Part shown: piece after piece, positions 36,699 to 45,288 of the stretch | How positions within the stretch are numbered: the first letter of the stretch is position 1 | Layout: every line of letters starts with the position of its first letter | Source of the DNA: Candidatus Woesearchaeota archaeon | GTDB taxonomy: Archaea; Nanobdellota; Nanobdellia; Pacearchaeales; GW2011-AR1 | DNA: 54,284 nucleotides | Assembly: GCA_964559675.1 (NCBI GenBank) | Contig: CAZLHJ010000001.1 | Span: forward strand, 1 to 54,284 | Reading direction: 5' to 3' | Translations under genes and position numbers: made by a program | The notes under the pieces: generated by a model | Told to the model about the DNA's origin: nothing | Database searches by the model: none | What the model saw: the letters and a program-made list of their open reading frames with translations, nothing else

Positions 36699-36798
36699 GG
36701 AGGTGTATTTTTATGATAAATTTATCTCGGTGATAATGAAAGTATAATTGAGTGTAAAAGTGCCTTTTTAAATGTTTCTACTTTAAACAAGTAAATCA

Positions 36799-36872
36799 TG
36801 ACCTCGACGGGATTTGAACCCGCGACACCTGGGTTAAAAGCCCAGTGCTCTACCAGGCTGAGCTACGAGGTC
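36799..36872 (-). tRNA. tRNA-Lys(UUU); CCA not encoded
   Basis: Reverse complement GACCTCG-TA-GCTC..GAGC-A-CTGGG-CT-TTT-AA-CCCAG...GCGGG-TTCAAAT-CCCGT-CGAGGTC-A; upstream TTTAAATA box. Confidence 0.95.
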
Positions 36873-36944
36873 AACCTTCGAAAAAAAAGATAAACTCGCT
36901 ATTTAAAGTTTTACTCTTTGTAGAATTTATACTTCAAATTTAAA

Positions 36945-37738
36945 CTAAATTCCAATATACCACTCATCAACATCAATTCCAGATCGACTTCCGTTCTTTA
37001 AAACATGAATTAATTCATCTTTCATATCAGGATATCCTTTCTTTAAAATTCCTTTAACTTTTTCTCTACTTTTTGGGTTATCGAATAATTCTACTAATCT
37101 ATCAATCCCTTCATTAGTTCTAAGCATTTTTCTTGCCCAAATTCCTTTATTTTCAAGTCTCTCTCTTAAGTTCCTATATGCTGTTGGAGTTACAACTCCA
37201 TTTTTAAGTTGATAATCCCATGCAATTTCATTTAACTTTACAACAGAAAGAGATCTTAATCCTAATCTTTTCATTACTTGAACGCCATCTTCCATTCTAT
37301 CAACAAAGAACAGGACATCTTCCAATTTTCCATTACTGGATTGAATAATAGGTGTCCAATATCTCTCAACAGAAGATCCTTCGTTATTCAAATCAGCAAT
37401 GTGCAGAACTCTTCTTCCATCCATCTCTGCTCCAACTTTTTTGCCATCCTTATATAACATAACATGAGGGATTTCTAATAAATTAGCAACGGGCATTGAA
37501 AATATCCAATCTCGTGTTTCGCCCCCAGAGATTATATCAAAATTACTCAGTTTAGAAACAAATTTAGTCAGAGCTATGGCCTTGCTATACGTGTCCCCAT
37601 TCTTCATTACATCGCCTGATTGAACAAAATACGGCCCTATCTCGCCAGAAGTATATGGAAAAAAGTATCTGTAAATTGAAATGCACGTACAGAGTTTAAT
37701 AAATCCAATCCACGCTTTTGTAAGTTCTCAAATGCCAT
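36945..37738 (-). CDS. orotate phosphoribosyltransferase-like type I PRTase, interrupted by a -1 frameshift at a T6 run (37659-37664)
   Basis: ATG at 37738 reads MAFENLQKRGLDLL..FTDTF; the -1 frame continues FPYTSGEIGPYF..., then GGETRDW and the HIADLNNEGSS PRPP loop. The ORF track shows only 36945..37607. Confidence 0.7.
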
Positions 37739-37790
37739 AAAAATATTAAGAAAACCTCCTTAAATACATTATTGTCTTTCAAATATGTGA

Positions 37791-38102
37791 TTAGAATAAT
37801 TCTTGGAAGCTTGAAGCAATTTCATCTTCATCCATTACACCGACTTTTCTATCTATAAGTTTTCCATCCTTGAAGAATAAAGTTGTTGGAATACTCATAA
37901 CTCCAAATCTCTGTGCAATTTCAGTTTCTGAATCAACATCTACGCTTGCAAATTTAACGTTTTTGTGACTTTCTGCTGCAGAGTGGAATATTGGCTTGTA
38001 AATTCTACATGGCCCACACCAAGCTGCCCAAAAATCAACAATCGTGTTTCCCTCAGAAACAAAATCGTCAAATTCTTCCGATTTTAAGTCTTTAACTGTC
38101 AT
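37791..38102 (-). CDS. trxA: thioredoxin
   Basis: VDFWAAWCGPC, SIPT. Confidence 0.97.
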   Translation of the reverse strand: MTVKDLKSEEFDDFVSEGNTIVDFWAAWCGPCRIYKPIFHSAAESHKNVKFASVDVDSETEIAQRFGVMSIPTTLFFKDGKLIDRKVGVMDEDEIASSFQELF

Positions 38103-38195
38103 ATTTTCTCAAGAAAAAAACACTTAATAAATCTTTGTAAACTCTGTTACCTTTCCCTAATAATACAATATAAATACTTCTTTATCCTCTATAAA

Positions 38196-38804
38196 ATGAT
38201 GGATTTGGAGAAGGAAAAGCTCATCGAAAAACTAAAACAACAAGGTTTCTCTGAAAAAATTATTGAAGCTTTCTCAAAAGTTAGAAAAGAAGATTTCATT
38301 CCAGAGACATTTCAATTATATGCGTACGAAGATATTGCTCTCCCAATTCAAGATGGGACGATGGTTCCAAAACCTTCCACAATTGCATTTATACTCTCTC
38401 TTTTAGATTTACATTACGGGCAAAAAGTTTTAGAGATAGGTTCAGGATCGGGATATGTATGCTCTCTAATCTCTGAAATAATAAAGAACGGGAAAATTAT
38501 CGGTTTAGAAATAAACAGAAATTTAGCAAATAATTCTAGAAAATTATTAGAAAAAGATTCAAATATCACTATAATAAATCAATCTGGATGGAATGGTTTT
38601 CTAAGCGAAGCTCCGTACGATAGAATCTTAATTTCCGCCGCATGTAATGATCATTCCACTATTAAAAAAATTTCAGAACAATTAAAACCAAAAGGAATTT
38701 TAGTTTCCGCATTTAATCAATCTCTAATTCAAATAAATACTGAAAAGAAGGAAGAAAAGATTTTCGAAGGATATTCATTTGTTCCATTAAAAAGAGACGC
38801 TTAG
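38196..38804 (+). CDS. pcm: protein-L-isoaspartate O-methyltransferase
   Basis: AYEDIALPI, VLEIGSGSGY, APYDRILISAA, FVPL. Confidence 0.92.
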   Translation: MMDLEKEKLIEKLKQQGFSEKIIEAFSKVRKEDFIPETFQLYAYEDIALPIQDGTMVPKPSTIAFILSLLDLHYGQKVLEIGSGSGYVCSLISEIIKNGKIIGLEINRNLANNSRKLLEKDSNITIINQSGWNGFLSEAPYDRILISAACNDHSTIKKISEQLKPKGILVSAFNQSLIQINTEKKEEKIFEGYSFVPLKRDA

Positions 38805-38974
38805 AACGTTTCTATACTAGCCATTACTTCTTCCTTGCTCAATTTTTTTCCAGGATGAAACTTCTTCAAGTGTTGATAAGCGAGTTCAGCAACTTCTTCG
38901 CTATCATGGCTCTCAACTTTAAACCCGCATTCTATACACTGAATTCTTTTAGATGCTAAATTTATTTTTTCCAT
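38801..38974 (-). CDS. DUF1059-like small metal-binding protein
   Basis: CIECGFKVES.DSEEV...AYQHLKKFH (CxxC...HxxxH); ATG at 38974. Confidence 0.7.
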   Translation of the reverse strand: MEKINLASKRIQCIECGFKVESHDSEEVAELAYQHLKKFHPGKKLSKEEVMASIETF

Positions 38975-38975
38975 A

Positions 38976-39818
38976 TTATTGATGAATTGCAAGATCTGGA
39001 GCTCCATTCCAATCAATTTCTTTTAGTTTATCATCTATTTTCTGTTTAACTTCTTTATGGGCACCATTTAATTTCTCTATTTCAAGAAATGCACCTGGAT
39101 AATTTCTTCTAATTCCATCTATTTCAGTTCCTCTTAATTCAGCTAATCTCTCTAAGCCTTCGTCAGATAGTAAAGCTTCCCTTACCCACCCAACAGGATT
39201 AGATAAATATCCTATAAGATTTTGATGTTCTCTTTCACTCATTTCTCCAGAGTTTCTCAATTCATTCCAAATTTCTTCTCTATTCAATGGGGCCAAAACA
39301 TAATCTGAGTTTCCATTCTCTCCAACAAAGAAGACTCTTCCTAAAACCTCTCCTCCATTTTGAGAAATATGCTCTAGAATTCTGGGGTTAAATGTAGTGT
39401 CATTTATTCCTCCGACATAAACTACTTTTTTTCCATCTAAAACTCTCATTAAGTCAACACCTCTTCCAACTTCTAGCTCTTTTGAGAAGTTTAACAAAGG
39501 TGATCTGGTCCTGTTAGCCACATTAGTTCCAAATGAAGAATAATTTCCTTCTAGAGTTGCAATAGCATCAAATTCTGCAAAAGATCCTTGAATAAATGTA
39601 GATAGCCAAAATCCCGCTCTTGTTCTTTCCCCATTATCTTCTGAATTCTTAATTGAATCTGAATCTGGAGAATAAATCTCTATTAATGCAGGATTTACTT
39701 CATACGGTCTAACATGATAAGAATCGTCAATAAAGAAAGGTTCATCAAATTTCAAACTTCCAGTTTTAGTGAGAATTTCTGCGCCTTGTTTTCTAATTGC
39801 TTCATACGGTGCTGGCAT
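38976..39818 (-). CDS. degenerate PRTase-like paralog of the frameshifted OPRT-like gene
   Basis: Collinear by-eye similarity: YEAIRKQGAEIL vs FENLQKRGLDLL; VFFVG vs LFFVD; EGLERLAEL vs EGIDRLVEL; NYP vs GYP. PRPP loop altered (VGGINDTT). Confidence 0.6.
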   Translation of the reverse strand: MPAPYEAIRKQGAEILTKTGSLKFDEPFFIDDSYHVRPYEVNPALIEIYSPDSDSIKNSEDNGERTRAGFWLSTFIQGSFAEFDAIATLEGNYSSFGTNVANRTRSPLLNFSKELEVGRGVDLMRVLDGKKVVYVGGINDTTFNPRILEHISQNGGEVLGRVFFVGENGNSDYVLAPLNREEIWNELRNSGEMSEREHQNLIGYLSNPVGWVREALLSDEGLERLAELRGTEIDGIRRNYPGAFLEIEKLNGAHKEVKQKIDDKLKEIDWNGAPDLAIHQ

Positions 39819-39924
39819 ATTTTATATTAGAATTTCTTTTTTAAAAACCTTAGTCGAGAAAAAAATACACCTTTCTAAAATTTCCGAAGGAAAGATTTAA
39901 AAAAAGAAATGGTGAGTTAGCGGT

Positions 39925-40581
39925 ATGTTATTAAAAAACTCTCTAGAGCAATTAAATGAAGATTTTCTTAAAAATTTATTACTCATTTCAAGATTAGATT
40001 TAAACGGAGTAAACGGGACTCCAAATAATCATCAATTTGCAGAAATAACCTATAATGCTTTAAGGGGCATGGGTTATGACGTCGAATTACAACACGGTTC
40101 AGTACAATACTCTGCAGGTTTTTTAATAGAAAATTTAATTCTAAGACAAGGTCCAATAAAAAGACCTGAAGACGATATAAGGCGAGAAGCTCAAACAATA
40201 GATAGTTTAATATCTGAAAGACCAAATAGACAACTTCAAGGGATCTCAAATATTGTTTCAGAGTTCTCAGGAAGTCCACTAGAGGAAGTCCTTAGAAAAG
40301 TTCGAGATATTTATTCAGCATGCGACGCAAAAGGACTGTATCCTCAAATCTTTCATTCTTGGTGTGAACTCGGGCATAACATTAAGGTAGATTCTCATCC
40401 ATCTGGTATGGAGATTCTAAGCTCCCATTTCTCACCATTCTCAAAAATCATTTATGGAAATAAAAGAGCAATTTACACTCCAGAGAAATTTAAAATCTTA
40501 GACCAAAATGGTAGTAGAATCTTAAGAATAGACGACCATGATTATGAGGCTCCTTTATTACAATCTACAAGTTCTAATTAA
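39925..40581 (+). CDS. hypothetical protein, possible inactive transglutaminase/papain-like fold
   Basis: NNHQFAE...ALRGMGY.VEL.HG and FHSWCE...VD pattern; His at the expected catalytic Cys position. Confidence 0.45.
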   Translation: MLLKNSLEQLNEDFLKNLLLISRLDLNGVNGTPNNHQFAEITYNALRGMGYDVELQHGSVQYSAGFLIENLILRQGPIKRPEDDIRREAQTIDSLISERPNRQLQGISNIVSEFSGSPLEEVLRKVRDIYSACDAKGLYPQIFHSWCELGHNIKVDSHPSGMEILSSHFSPFSKIIYGNKRAIYTPEKFKILDQNGSRILRIDDHDYEAPLLQSTSSN

Positions 40582-41402
40582 AGAGCAACTCCTACAGGTT
40601 TTCTCGGAGTAGTTCTCTCGCCACGATCTCCTTCAGGATCTCTTTTCAAGAAAAAAGGGAAAGTTCCATTTGAATCAATTTGACCTTGATAAAGAAATTC
40701 TCCATTTATCGAGATAACTCCTTGCATGTAGAAGTTAGGCCTATATATTCCCCTCCGATTATGCTTTGTCTTCAAACTACCAAGTACTTTCTCAGTAATC
40801 TCAGAATAAAATTTATCACCTAATCTAAAATAAATTTTACCAGGCTCTCCAAAATGTGTCTCGGCTCTATTTTTTACATTTCTAGTAATGCTAGTCAAAC
40901 CTCCCAAAGAAATTTCTAAATCAAACTTATAATCTAATTCCAGTCTTCCATAAACAGGTATCTCTCTAGATTGCGGGTGGTCAAACAAGAATAAATCAAA
41001 TTGATCTCCATTTTTCTCAATAGGAATTACTGTCTTTTTTTCACCATTCGGGGTGATTTCAAAACTAGGGATGTCACATATTGTGAATTCCTCTAACTTT
41101 TTCCCAGAAATTTTTAAGATGTGGTCTAACCATTCTAGGTTTTTTTGAGGAGAAAAATACTCACAATTACAATATTTTCCTTCATTAATCTTATTGAAAA
41201 ATTTAGAAGTTGCCCTCCACCAAGCCAAATAACCTCTTCTAAGACAATCAACATCTTGCTTTCTTGCGATATGGGCTTTTCTTGAAACTCTAGAAAGAAC
41301 TCTAGAAACCATTCCAGTATCTACAAATCTCTCAAGAAGCTCGCCTTCTAATGGTAAAACATGTTCTTCAAAAACAAAAGGTCGCACATCATATCCTTCC
41401 AT
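40578..41402 (-). CDS. hypothetical protein
   Basis: ORF downstream of nrdJ; ATG at 41402 avoids overlap with nrdJ. Confidence 0.65.
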   Translation of the reverse strand: MEGYDVRPFVFEEHVLPLEGELLERFVDTGMVSRVLSRVSRKAHIARKQDVDCLRRGYLAWWRATSKFFNKINEGKYCNCEYFSPQKNLEWLDHILKISGKKLEEFTICDIPSFEITPNGEKKTVIPIEKNGDQFDLFLFDHPQSREIPVYGRLELDYKFDLEISLGGLTSITRNVKNRAETHFGEPGKIYFRLGDKFYSEITEKVLGSLKTKHNRRGIYRPNFYMQGVISINGEFLYQGQIDSNGTFPFFLKRDPEGDRGERTTPRKPVGVAL

Positions 41403-41437
41403 CAAGAAATTAATCTTTACAAGCTTTTTAAGAATTA

Positions 41438-44326
41438 TTATTCTCCGCAACCAGACCTAGTTACAGTATTACAACTCGTGCATGCAATTGAGCAATTTCC
41501 AGTTCTTTTTGCAGGACCTCCACAATGTGGGCAAGTTAATCCTTCATTAGCAAATTCTTTCAAAGATTTTTGTTCTTCGACTTCTTCTATCTCTTCCTTC
41601 TTTTCCATAGTTTTAACTTCAAGAGCAATCTTTCCTGAACTCTCTCCAAAGTTATTTAACATAAATTGAGAGACATAATCCACAATCGAACTTGCAGTCC
41701 TTATTTGACTTATCTTATCATCCATACTTCCTCCACCGACATTCTTTACGAAACCAGAAGGCTCAAATCTCTGATGTCTAAATTTATCAAACAAGTCCTT
41801 AACAGAAACTCCATATTGTAAGTTTAAACTTACAGAAGTTGCCCATGCATCAATTAATCCTCTTATTGTTGAACCTTGTTTGTGCATACTTACAAAGATT
41901 TCTCCAGGTTTGCCTTCGTCATATAATCCAACTGTAATATATCCTTCATGACCTGCAATCTCGAATTTATGTGTAAGGCTTCTTCTAGTTTGAGGCATTT
42001 TTCTTCTTTGTTGAACAAATACTTTTTCTTTCTTCTCTTCCTTATCCCACATTTCTCCTTTAGTTTTCTTTGTATTAAGTGGTTGAGATCTCTTACTATT
42101 TTCTCTATAGATAGCAACTGCTTTCAATCCTCTTTCCCAAGCATAAATGTAAGCTTCCATTATATCTTCTATACTTGAAGTTTCACTCACGTTTACAGTT
42201 TTACTAATTGCTCCAGATAAGAATGGTTGAGTTACAGCCATCATATCAATATGCGCTTTCCACTGAATACTCCTAACTCCTTTAGCAGGTTTGAATGCAC
42301 AATCAAATACTCCGAGGTGCTCTTCTAACAATTCTGGAGCGCCTTCAATAGTATCGTTCTTCTCAATATATTCACTTATCTTCATGATTTGCTCTTCATT
42401 ATATCCTAAAGTTTGCAAAGCCAATGGAACAGTTCTATTAACGATCTTCAACATTCCTCCTCCTGCTAATACCTTGTACTTAACAAGAGCTATATCTGGT
42501 TCAATTCCAGTTGTATCACAATCCATCATAAATGCAATTGTCCCAGTTGGAGCAAGAACAGTAACTTGCGCATTTCTAAATCCATATTTCTCTCCAAGCT
42601 CGAGTGCTTCAGTCCAACAATCCCAAGCAACATTAACCAAATCTCTTAGATGCTCAGGCATGACTTCAACATTTATTTCTTTAACATGTTCTCTATGCAT
42701 TCTAATTACTTCTAACATAGATTCTTTATTTTCATCATATGCTGGGAATGGACCCATTTTACTTGCGATTTGTGCTGAAGTCTTGTAAGCTTCTCCCCCC
42801 ATTATCGCAGTGATGGCTGCAGCAACAGCTCTTCCAGAATCTGAGTCGTAAGGTAAACCTATACTCATTAATAATGCTCCAAGGTTTGCGTACCCTAATC
42901 CAAGCGTTCTAAATAAGTGAGACCTTAATGCAATTTTCTCAGTTGGATAACTTGCAGCGTCAACAAATACTTCCATTGAAGTAATGAATCTTTTAACCAC
43001 TGCTTTGAATTTCTCAGCCTCAAATCCTCCTTCTTGAGTTCTAAATCTCAATAAATTAATACTAGCTAGATTACATGCAGTGTCGTCTAAAAACATATAC
43101 TCACTACAAGGATTAGATCCATTTATTCTTCCACTTGCCTTACACGTATGATATTTATTAATTATACTATCGTTCTGAATTCCAGGATCTCCACACAACC
43201 AAGTTCCTTCTGCAATTTTATGTAACATCTCTTTCGCCTTTATTGACTCACAAGTCTCTCCAGTCGTTACAAACTTAGTATTCCATAATTTATCTTCTTT
43301 AGCCGCCTTCATAAATTCGTCTGTAACTCTCACACTCATATTACTATTTTGGAAGTATACTGAAGAATATGCTTCTCCGTTCAATCCTCCACCATATCCT
43401 GCTTCAATTAGTGCCCAAGCTTTTCTTTCTTCGTTTTGCTTAGCAGTTATGAACTCCATGATATCTGGATGATCTACATTTAAGATTTCCATCTTAGCCG
43501 CTCTTCTTGTTTTTCCACCAGACTTTATTGCTCCAGCATAAGCATCATAACCTTTCATAAAACTTAACGGTCCAGAACTCCATCCTCCTCCAGTCAATCT
43601 CTCTCTTGAACTCCTAAGGGCAGACCTATTTTCCCCTGCTCCACTTCCTCCCTTGAAAAGCATTGCCTCTGCTTTTTGTAATTCCATAATGCTCTCCATA
43701 GAATCTTCAACACCTAAAATGAAACAAGCAGAACATTGTGGACTATCTTCATTCTTCTCTGTTAATCTTACCTTATTTGCAACTGGATCCCACTTATATG
43801 GAGAAACTCCTCCTGCATTAGGATGATATTTCTGTATTCCTGCATTGAACCAAACAGGAGAGTTGAAAACACCGAGCTGATTTAAATTGATGGCTGCAAT
43901 TTCATCTCTCAAAACTCTCGCTTTGCTTTCATCAAAGTAGCCCTGCTTTATCGACTGCCTTTCAATGAAATCCGCAACTCTCCCGATAATGTGTTTAACA
44001 GAGCTTTCTCTCTCTCCCTTTTGAAGATTACCCCAAAAATATTTACTAGCAACAACTTTTAATGCAAGAGTACTCCAAAATGAAGGTTTTTCAACATCTT
44101 TTTGAACATAAATAACTTTTCCAACATCATCACTCACCTTAACTTCTTCTTTTACCCAAGTAATCTTATTTCCATACATATCAAAATCAAAAGCATTTTT
44201 TTCTGGATAGCTAAAGACTCGTTCAACATTTAATTGAACTCCTGAATTCACTTCACTAGAAACTTGTCTCGACTTAAATTCAGATTCTTCATTTTCTCTG
44301 TTTTCGTTAAATCCGTTTATTTCCAT
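41438..44326 (-). CDS. nrdJ: class II (adenosylcobalamin-dependent) ribonucleotide reductase with C-terminal TSCPD and Zn-ribbon region
   Basis: QCSACFI, GGKTRRAAKM, SNPCSEY..DDTACNLAS, APTGTI, QPFLSGAISKTVN, R.S.THKF.IAG.EGYI, terminal CxxC...CxxC. Confidence 0.97.
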   Translation of the reverse strand: MEINGFNENRENEESEFKSRQVSSEVNSGVQLNVERVFSYPEKNAFDFDMYGNKITWVKEEVKVSDDVGKVIYVQKDVEKPSFWSTLALKVVASKYFWGNLQKGERESSVKHIIGRVADFIERQSIKQGYFDESKARVLRDEIAAINLNQLGVFNSPVWFNAGIQKYHPNAGGVSPYKWDPVANKVRLTEKNEDSPQCSACFILGVEDSMESIMELQKAEAMLFKGGSGAGENRSALRSSRERLTGGGWSSGPLSFMKGYDAYAGAIKSGGKTRRAAKMEILNVDHPDIMEFITAKQNEERKAWALIEAGYGGGLNGEAYSSVYFQNSNMSVRVTDEFMKAAKEDKLWNTKFVTTGETCESIKAKEMLHKIAEGTWLCGDPGIQNDSIINKYHTCKASGRINGSNPCSEYMFLDDTACNLASINLLRFRTQEGGFEAEKFKAVVKRFITSMEVFVDAASYPTEKIALRSHLFRTLGLGYANLGALLMSIGLPYDSDSGRAVAAAITAIMGGEAYKTSAQIASKMGPFPAYDENKESMLEVIRMHREHVKEINVEVMPEHLRDLVNVAWDCWTEALELGEKYGFRNAQVTVLAPTGTIAFMMDCDTTGIEPDIALVKYKVLAGGGMLKIVNRTVPLALQTLGYNEEQIMKISEYIEKNDTIEGAPELLEEHLGVFDCAFKPAKGVRSIQWKAHIDMMAVTQPFLSGAISKTVNVSETSSIEDIMEAYIYAWERGLKAVAIYRENSKRSQPLNTKKTKGEMWDKEEKKEKVFVQQRRKMPQTRRSLTHKFEIAGHEGYITVGLYDEGKPGEIFVSMHKQGSTIRGLIDAWATSVSLNLQYGVSVKDLFDKFRHQRFEPSGFVKNVGGGSMDDKISQIRTASSIVDYVSQFMLNNFGESSGKIALEVKTMEKKEEIEEVEEQKSLKEFANEGLTCPHCGGPAKRTGNCSIACTSCNTVTRSGCGE

Positions 44327-44769
44327 TATTTTGTTATTAACTCCTTTATTTCATCTTTGAAATCTTGAATGTCTGTGAAGTCCTTGTAAACACTTGCAAA
44401 TCTTATGTATGCAATCTTATCAAGTCTCTTCAATTCCTTAGAGGCAAGTTCCCCAATATATATTGACTGAACTTCTTTCCCTCTTTTTTTCAACTTTTCT
44501 TCAATTCGAGTAATCATTTGATCGATTTGCTCGATACTCACAGGCCTCTTTTCACAAGCCCTCATCATCCCTTTCTTTATTTTTTCTTTATTGAAATCTT
44601 CTCTCCTGCCATCTTTTTTCACAACTCTCAAGTTTGCTTCTTCAAGCTCCTCAAGAGTGTTAAATCTTTTTTGGCATTTGAGACACTCTCTTCTCCTCCT
44701 TGTACGTCCACCAAAGTCTCTCTTATCTATTACTTTCGTGTCCTCATGGAGGCAGTAAGGGCATAACAT
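44326..44769 (-). CDS. nrdR: transcriptional repressor NrdR
   Basis: MLCPYC...TKVIDKR..RRRRECLKC.KRFNTLE, ATP-cone VVKKDGRREDF, LD.IAYIRFASVYKDF. Confidence 0.97.
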   Translation of the reverse strand: MLCPYCLHEDTKVIDKRDFGGRTRRRRECLKCQKRFNTLEELEEANLRVVKKDGRREDFNKEKIKKGMMRACEKRPVSIEQIDQMITRIEEKLKKRGKEVQSIYIGELASKELKRLDKIAYIRFASVYKDFTDIQDFKDEIKELITK

Positions 44770-44803
44770 CTCTTTTTTACCATTGCTTTCTTCAAGCTTT
44801 CAA

Positions 44804-44850
44804 CCACAATATCTTGTGTTATTTTGTGTATTCTACACAACAAATTGTGT
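44804..44850. promoter_or_regulatory. tandem NrdR boxes (44804-44819 and 44835-44850)
   Basis: CCACAATATCTTGTGT and ACACAACAAATTGTGT each match the acaCwAtATaTwGtgt consensus at 14/16; starts are 31 bp apart. Confidence 0.85.
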
Positions 44851-44875
44851 TTATGAAAACTCTAACTTATTTTTA

Positions 44876-44883
44876 TATTTAAA
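44876..44883 (-). promoter_or_regulatory. archaeal BRE/TATA promoter of nrdR-nrdJ
   Basis: Minus strand AAAAACA-TTTAAATA; predicted start site near 44851, abutting the first NrdR box. Confidence 0.6.
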
Positions 44884-45021
44884 TGTTTTTGAAATTTATA
44901 TTTTATCGTCGATAGTTTTATATTTGTCACTCAAGAAGAAAAAAAATTAAAGTTCAGTTAATACAATTTCACGAGATAAAAAAGACGTTAGCTTTATAAA
45001 TAACAGCGGACTATACTAATT

Positions 45022-45288
45022 ATGGCATTAGAATCATTCGCAAATTCTCTCCCAATTCCATTATGGGCTTTTATTTTAATCGCTATCTGGGAATTGGTAT
45101 GGAAAGGTTTAGCCCTATGGAAATCTGCTAGATTATATCATCCTATTTGGTTCGTCGCCATGCTAGTAATTAACACATTCGGAATCTTACCAATTTTATA
45201 CATTTTTGTATTCTCAGAGATGCTAAGATCAAAAGAGAAAAACGTAAAGCCAAGAAGTTCTAAAGTCTCTAAGAAGAAACGAAGATAA
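45022..45288 (+). CDS. DUF5652-family membrane protein
   Basis: IWELVWKGLALWKSAR...WFVAMLVINTFGILPILY. Confidence 0.88.
   Translation: MALESFANSLPIPLWAFILIAIWELVWKGLALWKSARLYHPIWFVAMLVINTFGILPILYIFVFSEMLRSKEKNVKPRSSKVSKKKRR

Noticed and set aside
41438-44326. Possible intein or intron in nrdJ
   Set aside because: Length and motif continuity fit an uninterrupted NrdJ; no C...HN intein termini seen.
39983-44882. Short ORFs at 39983, 41361, 41890, 41948, 42291, 44518 and 44700
   Set aside because: Antisense or out-of-frame overlaps with the 39925 ORF, nrdJ and nrdR.
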